Source: Candidatus Micrarchaeota archaeon (GTDB lineage Archaea; Micrarchaeota; Micrarchaeia; Micrarchaeales; CABMGC01). Taken from it: a stretch of 64,000 nt of DNA. Both the position numbers and the translations under genes were made by a program. The stretch lies in the NCBI GenBank assembly GCA_027365725.1, contig DAHXMA010000011.1, forward strand, positions 3,591 to 67,590, read 5' to 3'. Within the stretch, counting starts at the first letter, position 1. Each line of letters opens with the position of its first letter. A model generated the notes under the pieces. The model made no database searches, was not told where the DNA came from, and worked only from the letters and a program-made list of their open reading frames with translations. Positions 1-9,639 of the stretch are shown here, in pieces.

Positions 1-909
1 ATGGGCCTTTTTCACCCTTCTTATGTATTCCTCTGATTCCTGCAGGTCCTGCTTTACATTTGAAACATAAAACGTGTCCTGGGCATCCCTGGCAGGATGA
101 TCTTGCGGCACGAAGAGGGAATCGAAAACCCAGAAAGACGACTCCACTGCAGGGCCGGACACCTCCTTGAAGCCCATGCTAAGATATGCGTCCTTTATGC
201 TTGAGATTGCGATCTTTAGCGGATGCCGCATTGCAGGGGCGCGCCTTTCCACATTTACGTTGACATCGTAGCGCTTGAACTTCTTCCCTTCCCAAGAGCC
301 GGTTGCAATAATGCTGCGGTCTATGGCGCCCACATATTCGCCGCCGCTATCTTCACTTTGCTGGGCTTCCCCTGCAGCCGTAAGTCTTATGCTTTTTATC
401 GCATTGCGTTCGCTTAGCTCTATTAGCCCCCTCCTTGAAAGATCTGAAATCGTTTCCTTCTCGCGCGCTGCCGTTTCTTTGGCATAATTGCCTGACGCAA
501 GCTTCTTGAGCACTGTGCCTGCTTTCAATTCTGTGCCTGCCTTCTCCTTTCCCTGCGTAGTGAGCAAAACACTGCCGCCGCTTATGCTGACCAGTCCCAG
601 TTTTTTTGCCCACTGCAAGCCTATCTTTTCGCTTTCGTCGAGCTCGGATACGCGCAGTGGCCGCTTTGCCAAGGTTGCTATGAGCCGCTCTTCTGGAAGG
701 CCTTTGTCTGCGTATTCCGCACCTTCAGGGTTTACCTTTATAGAAGCAACCTTTTCATATTCTATTTGTATCATTCCCTTTGTCTTGAGACCCTCAAGAG
801 CCCAGGAGACCTCTGCAGCCCCAAGCTTGCACAGGGAAGCCAGCTTTGCCTCGGTGGACCAGCCATGTTCCTTTAGCGCGTTTAGTACAGCAATCTCATA
901 TTTATGCAA
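1..909 (-). CDS. pheS: phenylalanyl-tRNA synthetase alpha subunit (N-terminal part; gene runs off the left edge)
   Basis: Minus-strand frame is open from 909 to the window edge, so it has no stop here and is absent from the ORF track. The translation contains RHPLKIAISSIKDAYLSMGFKEV and FWVFDSLFVPQDHPARDAQDTFY, typical of the PheRS-alpha catalytic core entry. The in-frame start candidate is TTG at 907-909. Confidence 0.85.
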   Translation of the reverse strand, partial: MHKYEIAVLNALKEHGWSTEAKLASLCKLGAAEVSWALEGLKTKGMIQIEYEKVASIKVNPEGAEYADKGLPEERLIATLAKRPLRVSELDESEKIGLQWAKKLGLVSISGGSVLLTTQGKEKAGTELKAGTVLKKLASGNYAKETAAREKETISDLSRRGLIELSERNAIKSIRLTAAGEAQQSEDSGGEYVGAIDRSIIATGSWEGKKFKRYDVNVNVERRAPAMRHPLKIAISSIKDAYLSMGFKEVSGPAVESSFWVFDSLFVPQDHPARDAQDTFYVSNVKQDLQESEEYIRRVKKAH

Positions 910-921
910 TTAAAACACCTG

Positions 922-1686
922 CTATGCAAACACTTTGACTGCAATGTAAACCACGAGTATGCCTGAAAGCATTATTAAAAGCAGGTATATCTGCTGGGTA
1001 AAATTCTGGTACATGCTTGAAAAGTAGCTTGTGACCTCGTCCTGCAGGGATTGTGTGACAAGGTACGAAAAGCCAAATTCGGTCAAAGGCTCCCCTTCGT
1101 ACCATGAAAACAGGGTTGCATTGTTGTAGTTCCCAACAAAATTGGGGTATGGATAATCAGGCTCAGGGTATACCGACACCAGGGACGTGCCTTTTGGTAT
1201 GATTATATTGAACCTTGCATTGAGAGGTAGGGCTTCGCCGCTCTTTGTATGCTCGAAATTTAGTGCCGAGCTCGTGAACGTGTACACGAACTTCCTTGGC
1301 CCTATGTTCCTTGACGTAGTCACATTGTACGCCAGGTATCTCATTGTGAGTATTGCCTGCGCCGTCTGGCTGTTTCTGTTTATTATCGGGCCGGGAAGGA
1401 ATGTGAAGTTGGATATGCTGGAGTTGGGATTGAATATGTGCTGTATGAGCAGGTCGGTGTGCAGCGCGCTGCTCCAGTCGCTAAGGGTAAGGTTTATTGC
1501 CTGCCTGTACTGCAGGTACTGGCCGATGGATGAGTTACTCATGTTGACTATTAGGGTCTCAACAACCTGGGCAGTTGAGCTCTTGTTTAATATGACTGTG
1601 GTGTTTAGGTAGGTTACATTTATGTATGCAAAAACGTTGGTTGAGAGCAGGCAGATAGGGATTATAAAAAGTAAAAGTTTCCTCAT
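922..1686 (-). CDS. hypothetical secreted/membrane-anchored glycoprotein
   Basis: Signal-peptide-like N-terminus MRKLLLFIIPICLLSTNVFA, C-terminal hydrophobic anchor LLLIMLSGILVVYIAV, and more than 10 N-x-S/T sequons. No family recognised. Confidence 0.6.
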   Translation of the reverse strand: MRKLLLFIIPICLLSTNVFAYINVTYLNTTVILNKSSTAQVVETLIVNMSNSSIGQYLQYRQAINLTLSDWSSALHTDLLIQHIFNPNSSISNFTFLPGPIINRNSQTAQAILTMRYLAYNVTTSRNIGPRKFVYTFTSSALNFEHTKSGEALPLNARFNIIIPKGTSLVSVYPEPDYPYPNFVGNYNNATLFSWYEGEPLTEFGFSYLVTQSLQDEVTSYFSSMYQNFTQQIYLLLIMLSGILVVYIAVKVFA

Positions 1687-1854
1687 AAAAATCCTGTTTT
1701 TTGGCTTGCATTTATAGTACTGTCATTATTATAATTTAAAGCTTTCTGAAGCGATGGCATGGAATAAAAGGGGCATGGAAGGTGCTGACAGCGCATTCAG
1801 TAATATTAAAAAAGGTTTAGAATCAATTAGATACGATTTACAAGGTCTTAATTT

Positions 1855-2280
1855 ATGAAATCTGACTTGGACAATAAGCTTGTTGCAGTGGTGCGGGTTC
1901 GCGGCAGGATTGGCGTGAGGCGCGGGATAAACGAGACGCTGAATAGGCTTGGACTTAAGCGGGTGAACAGCGTGGCGCTATTATTCGGGAATGCGCCTAA
2001 CCTTGGCATGATAAGGAAGTGCAATGATTTTGTTACATATGGCGAGATAAACCTGAAGGTGCTCGAAAAAGTGGCCTCCAAGTCCGGAACAAAGCTGGGC
2101 AAGGATGATGCAGAAGCGCTGCTGAGCGGAAAGAAGAAAATAAGCGAAAGCATAAAGCTGCCCATAAGGCTTAAGCCCCCAAGGCACGGATATGAGAGCA
2201 CAAAGCTTGGGTACTCGAACGGAGGGGCTCTTGGGTATAGGGGCGATGGGATAAACGAGCTGCTTGGGAGAATGTCGTGA
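1855..2280 (+). CDS. rpl30p: 50S ribosomal protein uL30 (L30P)
   Basis: VAVVRVRGRIGVRRGINETLNRLGLKRVN is typical of archaeal L30. The size is about 140 aa and uL15 follows directly. Confidence 0.85.
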   Translation: MKSDLDNKLVAVVRVRGRIGVRRGINETLNRLGLKRVNSVALLFGNAPNLGMIRKCNDFVTYGEINLKVLEKVASKSGTKLGKDDAEALLSGKKKISESIKLPIRLKPPRHGYESTKLGYSNGGALGYRGDGINELLGRMS

Positions 2281-2284
2281 TATT

Positions 2285-2671
2285 ATGGTTATAAGGCAAA
2301 AGAGCAAGAGCAGGAAATTCCTCGGTGCCAGGAGGTGGGGCGCAGGAAACATAAAGAACAGGAGAGGATCTGGAAGCCGCGGGGGAGTGGGACGCGCAGG
2401 AAAGAAGCACAAGTTCACCAGGATAGTAAAATATGAAAAGGAAAGGCTGCACCACAGGGGCTTTGTGCCATATGGCAAGGTAAAGGCGGGCATTGTAAAC
2501 CTGGACTATGTCTCTACTGCCGCAGAAGGAAAGGGCGAGATAAGCCTTAAGGGGCTCAAGGTTCTGGGGGGCGGATCCATCTCCAGGCCGATAAATGTAA
2601 GTGCCAGCGGATTTTCAAAGAAGGCTGCGGAAAAAATTGAAAAGGCGGGCGGGAAAGCGATAAAGCTGTAG
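2285..2671 (+). CDS. rpl15p: 50S ribosomal protein uL15 (L15P)
   Basis: Gly/Arg-rich uL15 signature RKFLGARRWGAGNIKNRRGSGSRGGVGRAGKKHKF. ATG 2285 is preferred over the track's TTG 2264, which overlaps rpl30p. Confidence 0.85.
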   Translation: MVIRQKSKSRKFLGARRWGAGNIKNRRGSGSRGGVGRAGKKHKFTRIVKYEKERLHHRGFVPYGKVKAGIVNLDYVSTAAEGKGEISLKGLKVLGGGSISRPINVSASGFSKKAAEKIEKAGGKAIKL

Positions 2672-2678
2672 TGTGCGC

Positions 2679-3854
2679 ATGGATGGCATAAGGATAGCAT
2701 TTTTCACAGACTCGTATCTTCCTGCCGTTGACGGCGTTGTGACATCTATATTGAATTTCAGGGAGGAGCTTAAGCGCCGCGGGCATCGGGTATTTGTGTT
2801 CGCAAGCGCAAAGAGGAATTACCTGCGGAAATATTCCAGCAATGACACTTTCCTGTATCCTGGAATAGAGTTCAAGCCCTATCCGCAGTACAATGTTGCC
2901 ATATTCCCTTACAACTCCGTGTTCAAGCTTGGCGAGCTTGATGTTGACATAGTGCACTCCCAGACCCCGATGGTCATGGGATTTGCGGGGCTTATAGGGG
3001 CAAAGGTGCTGAAATGCAGGACAGTTGGAACGTACCACACAAACGTCACGAACAGGCCGGTTGTAAACGCGTATTACCCCAAAAACAGGCACATGAGCAG
3101 GCTTGCCGCGTCGTACATGACCAAATATATGCGCTTCTTCTACAACAGCTGCGACAGGGTCATATCGCCTTCTGAAACAATTAAAAGGATGCTGATAAGG
3201 AACGGGATAGAGAATGTCGGCGTCGTGCCGAACTGCATAGACATATCGAGATTCAATGCGCAGGTGAACGGAGACTCGATCAGGGAGGCGCTTGGAATAA
3301 GGCCTTCGGAAAAGATGGTGCTGTACCTTGGAAGGATAAGCAAGGAGAAAAGGATAGAGATACTTCTCAAGGCCGCCAGCCTTCTGATGCGAAAGGACGA
3401 ACGCGTGAGGCTGGTGATAGGCGGGACAGGGCCTGCCACTGAGCATTACCGCGCCATCGCGTCTAAGCTCGGCATAAGCCATAAAACAAAATTCATCGGT
3501 TTCGTTAAGGAAAAGTCGCTGCCAGAACTTTACGCGGCCTGCGACGCGTTCTGCCTTCCGTCAACGTTTGAGACGCAGGGAATAGTCGTAATAGAGGCAA
3601 TGGCTATGGGTAAGCCTGTGGTCGGGGCGGATTATATGGCAATAAAGGAGCTGATAAAGCCAGGAGTTAATGGCGAGAAATTCAGGCCCGGGGATTATAC
3701 TGGATGTGCAAAAAAAATAGATAAGGTTTTAAATAATGCCGGACGTTATAGACACGCTGCAATAAGGACTGCAGCAGAATTCTCGAGGGAGAAAGCAACG
3801 GACAGATTACTTGACACGTATAATAGAGTCTTGTCAAATAAGGCGATTAACTGA
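2679..3854 (+). CDS. glycosyltransferase, GT4 (group 1) family
   Basis: N-terminal IAFFTDSYLPAVDGV and C-terminal FCLPSTFETQGIVVIEAMAMGKPVV (E-x7-E region) are typical of GT-B retaining glycosyltransferases. Start is ATG 2679 or GTG 2673. Confidence 0.75.
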   Translation: MDGIRIAFFTDSYLPAVDGVVTSILNFREELKRRGHRVFVFASAKRNYLRKYSSNDTFLYPGIEFKPYPQYNVAIFPYNSVFKLGELDVDIVHSQTPMVMGFAGLIGAKVLKCRTVGTYHTNVTNRPVVNAYYPKNRHMSRLAASYMTKYMRFFYNSCDRVISPSETIKRMLIRNGIENVGVVPNCIDISRFNAQVNGDSIREALGIRPSEKMVLYLGRISKEKRIEILLKAASLLMRKDERVRLVIGGTGPATEHYRAIASKLGISHKTKFIGFVKEKSLPELYAACDAFCLPSTFETQGIVVIEAMAMGKPVVGADYMAIKELIKPGVNGEKFRPGDYTGCAKKIDKVLNNAGRYRHAAIRTAAEFSREKATDRLLDTYNRVLSNKAIN

Positions 3855-3868
3855 CTGAGGATATTGGC

Positions 3869-4564
3869 TTGGGCGTTTCTTCAACAAACACTGCTGAAGC
3901 GAAGGCGCAGGCTGAGCCGGGCAGGACGGAGGCTTCAAATAAGGCAGTCTCCGGGGAAACGGCAAAGGCAGGGCCAGAGAGCAGGGAGGACCTGTTAAAG
4001 AAGCAGATAGAAGAGGAGAGGAAGAAGAGGTTTGAGATAATACGCGACGTGAAATTCGCGCGCAACAGGCTGGCTTACAAGATAGCTGACAAGGCGGCGA
4101 TATCGCAGCTCTCCGACATTAGCAGGACAGGAACCAAGAGCATCGGCTTTCTTAGGAGGAGAAAGGAGCAGCTCGAATTCCGCATATCGACAGAGGCTTT
4201 CACCCTTGATGAGGAAAGGGAGCTGATAAGGAAAAAGGGCGAGATAGAGGCAGAGCTCGCACAGGCGCTAAAAAGCTTCAGGCTCAGGAAGAAGCTGGAA
4301 TTTATAAACGGAGACATAGAGTCGCTAACAAAGCGGATCGACGAGTCGGAAAAAAAGATAAAGGAATCGGACAAGAGGCTCGACGAGCTGTATTCCAGGC
4401 TTAGGGAGATGACGGGCGAGGCTAGGAAGAGGCTTAAGCCTGAAAAGAAGGCCAGGGACCAGGCAAAGCCAAGGGAGGTAAGCCTTGCAGACATAGCTGT
4501 AATAAAGGAGAGGAAGGAGGATAAGCAGGACCAACAGGAAATTGACGAATCGGTGCTTAATTGA
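3869..4564 (+). CDS. charged coiled-coil protein (archaeal COG1340-like)
   Basis: Heptad-rich, highly charged sequence (QIEEERKKRFEII, LTKRIDESEKKIKESDKRLDELYSRLREM). There is no in-frame ATG near the 5' end, so a TTG start is inferred. The stop overlaps the next gene start (TTGA). Confidence 0.55.
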   Translation: MGVSSTNTAEAKAQAEPGRTEASNKAVSGETAKAGPESREDLLKKQIEEERKKRFEIIRDVKFARNRLAYKIADKAAISQLSDISRTGTKSIGFLRRRKEQLEFRISTEAFTLDEERELIRKKGEIEAELAQALKSFRLRKKLEFINGDIESLTKRIDESEKKIKESDKRLDELYSRLREMTGEARKRLKPEKKARDQAKPREVSLADIAVIKERKEDKQDQQEIDESVLN

Positions 4565-5880
4565 AGGTAACTTTTTTTGGAGCCGCCCATGAAGTTGGGA
4601 GGAGCTGCATAATGATAGAGGGCAATGGGACAAAGGTGCTGCTCGATGCCGGCATAAAGCTTGGCAGGGAGGTGGAGATGCCGCTGATCACTGACGAGGA
4701 GATTAGGACTGTGGATGGAATAGTGATAAGCCACGCCCATCTCGACCACTCAGGCTACCTGCCCCACATATACTCCGCAGGATACCGTGGAAGCACGTTT
4801 GCAACAAAGCCCACATTCGAGCTTACAAACGTGCTTGTGAACGATTATATGCGCATATCAAAGCCCAGGAGCGTAACAAAGGAGGGCATGGCTGCAATGC
4901 AGAAAGGATGGACGATGGTGGAATATTCGGAGGAATTCTCAATCAAGGGCCTCAGATTCAGGCTGTTCGAGGCAGGGCACATACTTGGGAGCGCAATGAT
5001 ACATGCAAGCGACTCTGAGAACTCGCTGCTTTATACCGGCGATGTGAACTTCAGGGCAACGAAGCTTCTTGACCCTGCAAGGACCGAGGGCCTGGTTGCA
5101 GACACGCTTATAACAGAGTCCACATACGGCGGCATTAAAGACGTGTTCCAGCCTGAGAAAAAGGTCATAGATGCAATGCTTGCAAGCATAAAGGATACAA
5201 TAAGCGCAGGCGGGAAGGTGATAATACCAAGTTTCGGGGTCGGCAGGGCGCAGGAGGTCATGCTTGTGCTGGACGATTATATGAAATCCGGAGTGCTGCC
5301 AAAGACAAAGATATACATGGACGGAATGATCGGAAAGGCCATGCGCATACACAGGCACAACGTGATATACTGCAGAGAGGAGCTTCAGAAAAGGATATTG
5401 ATGAATGACGATGATCCGTTCAAGAGCGTGAACTTCCACAACGTTGTGACAAGGCATCAGAGGAACAGGATAATGTTTGGGGACGAGCCATCGATAATCG
5501 TGACCACGAGCGGGATGATGACCGGAGGCCCTGTGCTGTCGTATCTTGAGGGGATGGCGAAGGCGCACGAAAACAAGCTCATACTTGTAGGGTATCAGGC
5601 AGAAGGCACACTGGGAAAAGCGATACAGGATGGCGCCAGGGAGGTGCAGATCGACGGAAAGAAGGTTGAGGTGAATATGAAGGTGGAGAAATACCATCTC
5701 TCCGCCCACGCAGACAGGCAGCAGCTGCTATCGTTTGTCGGTAGGGTAAAGGGGCTTAAAAGGATATTCATAGTGCACGGTGAGCCCGAAAGGTCAAAGG
5801 AGCTTCAGGAGAGCCTGAGCGGAAAATACTCCGCAGATGTGCCGGAACTTGCAGCGCAGGCAGATCTCAAGGCCGGCTAG
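4561..5880 (+). CDS. beta-CASP metallo-beta-lactamase ribonuclease (aCPSF2-like, no KH domains)
   Basis: HxHxDH motif (SHAHLDHSG) and a beta-CASP C-terminal region with HADRQQL and VHGE. The conserved N-terminus FFGAAHEVGRSC is only included with the TTG 4561 start. Confidence 0.85.
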   Translation: MKVTFFGAAHEVGRSCIMIEGNGTKVLLDAGIKLGREVEMPLITDEEIRTVDGIVISHAHLDHSGYLPHIYSAGYRGSTFATKPTFELTNVLVNDYMRISKPRSVTKEGMAAMQKGWTMVEYSEEFSIKGLRFRLFEAGHILGSAMIHASDSENSLLYTGDVNFRATKLLDPARTEGLVADTLITESTYGGIKDVFQPEKKVIDAMLASIKDTISAGGKVIIPSFGVGRAQEVMLVLDDYMKSGVLPKTKIYMDGMIGKAMRIHRHNVIYCREELQKRILMNDDDPFKSVNFHNVVTRHQRNRIMFGDEPSIIVTTSGMMTGGPVLSYLEGMAKAHENKLILVGYQAEGTLGKAIQDGAREVQIDGKKVEVNMKVEKYHLSAHADRQQLLSFVGRVKGLKRIFIVHGEPERSKELQESLSGKYSADVPELAAQADLKAG

Positions 5881-6161
5881 ATTATCTGAAATGAATCGAA
5901 GTCTATCTCTGCCCTGTTGCCTTCGTCGTTTTCGTATTGCTTTTCTATATGCATGACCTCCATGCCGCGCTTTGGCGATATTTTCAGGGCTTTTTCGAAT
6001 TTTTCGATGTCTGCGCCAGGTGCCTGCGCTATTATAAGCACGGACCCGTCTTCCTGGTTCATCACTATGCCGCCTATCCCTAATTTTTCGGCCAGGCCCT
6101 TTACGTATGCGCGGTATCCTACGCCCTGGACAAAACCATGAACCACGTATGTCGCCTTCAT
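5877..6161 (-). CDS. acyP: acylphosphatase
   Basis: 94 aa with the VHGFVQGVGYRAYV acylphosphatase signature. Confidence 0.85.
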   Translation of the reverse strand: MKATYVVHGFVQGVGYRAYVKGLAEKLGIGGIVMNQEDGSVLIIAQAPGADIEKFEKALKISPKRGMEVMHIEKQYENDEGNRAEIDFDSFQII

Positions 6162-6682
6162 GCTATATTCGCTCTTTTTTTGAATTCGTTACTCTCGTAT
6201 TCGAATATTATCCATTTGTCGTCAGCAACTTTTTTGGCGTATATGTCGGGCCTTATCGCAGACCTTGGCTTGTAGAATATTGTGCATGTAACTATCCTGC
6301 CTCTGTATCTTTTGCGTATCTGCGCCGATACGCTGGCAAGGGTCTTTCCTGTATCAGCCACGTCGTCCACAAGCAGTATGTACGAGCGGCTTTTTCTAAG
6401 TGCAGGCATTGCCCCTATCTTCACCCTTTTTGCCCTCCTTGCAATTCCGATGTAATATCCGGCCCTTACGCCCGCAACATCCTTAACACCAAGCATGTCG
6501 CTTAGCAGCCTTGCTGCAATCATTCCTCCGCGCTCTATGTACACTATCTGGCTTGGCCTGCCGTACTTCCTGCGCACCTCGTTTGCGACTGCCCTTGAGT
6601 ATGAAAGCAGCTGGCCAAGGCTTACCCTTACGAACCTCCTACCATGCAGGAATTTGTCCACTACGCCCATTTCAACGACCAT
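6158..6682 (-). CDS. type I phosphoribosyltransferase (purine PRTase-like)
   Basis: PRPP-binding loop ILLVDDVADTGKTL. The track ORF extends to 6901, but that extension overlaps tpiA and looks non-coding. Likely starts are ATG 6682 or ATG 6670. Confidence 0.75.
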   Translation of the reverse strand: MVVEMGVVDKFLHGRRFVRVSLGQLLSYSRAVANEVRRKYGRPSQIVYIERGGMIAARLLSDMLGVKDVAGVRAGYYIGIARRAKRVKIGAMPALRKSRSYILLVDDVADTGKTLASVSAQIRKRYRGRIVTCTIFYKPRSAIRPDIYAKKVADDKWIIFEYESNEFKKRANIA

Positions 6683-7430
6683 AAATTGATAGTGACCTAT
6701 ATATCCGTTCAAATTCAGAGCTGTCCGTGCCTGCCCTGCCAATAAGCACACCGTCCACAATGCCGCTTGAGAGGTAGTACATGATATTTCTATGGTCAAC
6801 GCTGCCGCCGTAGAGGAACCTGCGCATTCTTGCATTGCCTGCGGCTTTTTTAATTGATTGAAGCGCGATTGATACGTGCTCGATGCTGCAGGGCTCTGCA
6901 TTCTCGGAGGAGCTTATGGACCATATTGGCTCGTATGCCAGTGTTATCCTCTCGATTTCGCTTTTTTTAAGCAGCGATGTGGCAGACCTGAACTGCCTTG
7001 ATATGGACAGCGCAGACTTTCCGGCCCTCTTCTCCGCAGCGCCCTCGCCCAGGCACAGCACTGGCGTGATGCCATGGTCAATGCATGAGCGCATCTTCAT
7101 TGCTATAAGGCTAGCGCTTTCTCCGCACCTTGGCGCATGCCTATGCCTGGCCTCGGAGTGGCCTATTATAGCGTACCTGCACCCTGCATCCTTGAGGTCC
7201 TCTATTGACACATCCCCGGTGTGCGCCCCTCTTGATTCAGAGTAGTCGAAGCCCTGTGCACATAGGCTCACGCCGGCGCTCCTTAGCTTGCTTGACATGG
7301 CATATATCGAAATCTGCGGAGGGGCTATTACGACTTCGAACCTGCTTCCAAGGGCCGCAATTCTCGAGGCAGCCCTTAGGGCTTTTTCCGCACTTACATA
7401 TGTCTTGAAGTTGAATATAAGGGTGGGCAC
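6672..7430 (-). CDS. tpiA: triosephosphate isomerase (archaeal type)
   Basis: FNFKTY N-terminus, IIGHSEARH, AYEPIWSI and GGSV motifs. Confidence 0.85.
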   Translation of the reverse strand: MPTLIFNFKTYVSAEKALRAASRIAALGSRFEVVIAPPQISIYAMSSKLRSAGVSLCAQGFDYSESRGAHTGDVSIEDLKDAGCRYAIIGHSEARHRHAPRCGESASLIAMKMRSCIDHGITPVLCLGEGAAEKRAGKSALSISRQFRSATSLLKKSEIERITLAYEPIWSISSSENAEPCSIEHVSIALQSIKKAAGNARMRRFLYGGSVDHRNIMYYLSSGIVDGVLIGRAGTDSSEFERIYRSLSIYGR

Positions 7431-7553
7431 GCGCTTGCACCAGTCATATTATTACAGCAAGATTAATAGGCATATGCAGATGTGCGCGGTGGGCCGGGGC
7501 TTTGCGGGCAAGCCTTTTTTAACCTTTAATAAGAAGGATATTTTGGGGGATTC

Positions 7554-8588
7554 ATGATAAGGGTTGGCATAAACGGCTACGGTGTCATAGGCAAGAGGGT
7601 CGCATATGCGGTCTCGATGCAGGATGACATGGAGCTTGTGGGGATCTGCAAGCAGCAGCCGGACTATAAGGCAAGGATGGCTGCAAAAAAAGGCATTAAG
7701 ATATACGCTTCGGGGGATGAAGGCGCTTTTAAGGATAGCGGATTGGAGATAAGCGGAGCGCTTAGCGACCTGGTCGAAAACGTTGACGTGATGGTGGATG
7801 CCACTCCGGGAGGGATAGGCATCAGGAATAAGGCGGCTTATGAGAAGGCAGGTATAAAGGCAGTGTGGCAGGGCGGAGAAAGCCATTCAATCGCAGGCCT
7901 GTCATTCAATGCATATGCAAACTACGGCGCAGCCGTAGGCGCGCGGTATGCACGGGTAGTGTCATGCAACACCACCGGACTTATACGCACGTTATTCCCG
8001 CTCGACAAGGCATTCGGCATCTCAAGGGTGAACGCCACGCTGGTCAGGCGCGGAGCCGATCCTTCTGAGACTGGCAAGGGACCGATAAACGCGCTTGAAG
8101 TTGACAAGCACATGCCTTCGCATCACGGCGACGATGTAAAGACGGTGATGCCGAATCTTGACATAGGCACTGTGGCGATAAAGGCTTCTACCACTCTGAT
8201 GCATCTTCATTCAGTGACTGTAGAACTAAGAAAAGAGGCCACCAGGGAAGACGTTATTGAGGCATATGGACAATACAGGAGGATACGGATTGTCTCACTT
8301 GCAGACGGCATATCGTCAACTGCGCAGGTAATGGACATTGCAAGGGATCTTGGGCGCGGCAGCGGGGACATGTATGAGATTGCAGTATGGAAGGAGATGA
8401 CGGTCAGGGGCAGGGAGCTGCATTATTTCCAGGCAGTGCACCAGGAATCTGATGTGGTGCCTGAGAACATAGACGCGATACGCGCAATGGCTGGGGAGAA
8501 GGACCAGGATAGGTCGATAGGCAAGACGGATTCAAGCCTTCATATTGGTGAATTATATGAAAATTACGGTAACAGCGATAAAAGCTGA
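7554..8588 (+). CDS. gap: glyceraldehyde-3-phosphate dehydrogenase, archaeal type
   Basis: Rossmann N-terminus VGINGYGVIGKRVA and catalytic-Cys motif VSCNTTGL. About 344 aa. Confidence 0.9.
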   Translation: MIRVGINGYGVIGKRVAYAVSMQDDMELVGICKQQPDYKARMAAKKGIKIYASGDEGAFKDSGLEISGALSDLVENVDVMVDATPGGIGIRNKAAYEKAGIKAVWQGGESHSIAGLSFNAYANYGAAVGARYARVVSCNTTGLIRTLFPLDKAFGISRVNATLVRRGADPSETGKGPINALEVDKHMPSHHGDDVKTVMPNLDIGTVAIKASTTLMHLHSVTVELRKEATREDVIEAYGQYRRIRIVSLADGISSTAQVMDIARDLGRGSGDMYEIAVWKEMTVRGRELHYFQAVHQESDVVPENIDAIRAMAGEKDQDRSIGKTDSSLHIGELYENYGNSDKS

Positions 8589-9639
8589 CATAGGATCAAT
8601 AGGCGGCCACACCAGGCCAAGCGAGGAAGTGCTCAGGGCAGTTGAGGGGTTCGTGAGGAAGGGCATGAAGGCGGCTGGCATAATAGACCTGTTTGTAGGA
8701 TATACGGGCGATGACATCCATCTCCTCATGTCCCATAAGAACGGCGTGGGCAGCAGCAAGGTGCACAAGCTTGCGTGGGATGCTTTCAAGGAGGGGGCCG
8801 AAGTGGCAAAGGGCCAGGGCCTTTACGGTGCTGGGCAGGACCTGCTTAAGGATTCCTTCTCCGGGAATGTGAAGGGAATGGGTCCTGGAGTTGCAGAAAT
8901 GGAATTTGAAGAAAGAAAGAACGAGGCTTTTGTCTTGTTTACAATGGACAAGACCGAGCCTGGTGCGTTCAATTACCCTATGTACAGGCTGTTCTGCGAG
9001 CCTTCAGCAAACACTGGGCTTATAGTGAACCCAAAGCTCTCTAGCGGAGTTCGGATGACAATAATGGATGTGATGGAAAACAAGAAGGCAGAGATGGAGA
9101 TACCATCTGACAACTTCCTCATAGCAGGGCTGCTCATGTACCCTGGAAGGTATGTGATAGACTCGGTTAGGAACGCAGACGAGCCGATAATGGCAGCCAC
9201 AACCGACAGGCTGCACAATGTTGCAGGCACATATGTGGGAAAAGACGACCCTGCTGCGATAATGAGGCTGCAGAAGGATTTCCCCGCGACTGAAGAGGCG
9301 TGCTCCGTATTCAAGGTCACGCACTATGTTGCAGGAGACACGCGCGGGAGCCACCATATGCCGCTTATGCCGGTTAAGGCAAGGTCTGCGGCTAGCTCCA
9401 ATTTCTGCATACCCATAGTAAGCGCATTGCTCTTTAGCATGCACAACGGCGTATTTACCGCGCACATTGACGCATTCGATACCGTTGACTGGGATTTCTA
9501 CAGGAACAGGGCGGTAAAGAAAGCGGAATTCATGAGGGAGCAGGGCTTTGTTCACCCGGCAACCCTGATTCCGGAAGAGCTGGAATACAGCAATGGCTAC
9601 AAGGCCATGATGTCAGAAGCAAGGAAGAGATTCAAGTGA
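8557..9639 (+). CDS. fbp: bifunctional fructose-1,6-bisphosphate aldolase/phosphatase (class V FBPase)
   Basis: N-terminus MKITVTAIKADIGSIGGHTRP and a length of about 360 aa match the archaeal class V FBPase family. It overlaps the gap 3' end by 32 nt. Confidence 0.85.
   Translation: MKITVTAIKADIGSIGGHTRPSEEVLRAVEGFVRKGMKAAGIIDLFVGYTGDDIHLLMSHKNGVGSSKVHKLAWDAFKEGAEVAKGQGLYGAGQDLLKDSFSGNVKGMGPGVAEMEFEERKNEAFVLFTMDKTEPGAFNYPMYRLFCEPSANTGLIVNPKLSSGVRMTIMDVMENKKAEMEIPSDNFLIAGLLMYPGRYVIDSVRNADEPIMAATTDRLHNVAGTYVGKDDPAAIMRLQKDFPATEEACSVFKVTHYVAGDTRGSHHMPLMPVKARSAASSNFCIPIVSALLFSMHNGVFTAHIDAFDTVDWDFYRNRAVKKAEFMREQGFVHPATLIPEELEYSNGYKAMMSEARKRFK

Noticed and set aside
488-913. 141-aa plus-strand ORF at the left edge
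   Set aside because: Antisense to the clearly recognisable pheS frame. Its sequence is low-complexity and Ser/Pro/Phe-rich.
2556-3482. 308-aa minus-strand ORF
   Set aside because: Fully antisense to the GT4 glycosyltransferase, which has clear family motifs. Its composition is junk-like (Arg/His/Pro-rich).
4075-5709. 224-aa and 256-aa minus-strand ORFs (4075-4749, 4939-5709)
   Set aside because: Antisense to the coiled-coil gene and the beta-CASP RNase. These are shadow ORFs, typical opposite GA-rich coding strands.
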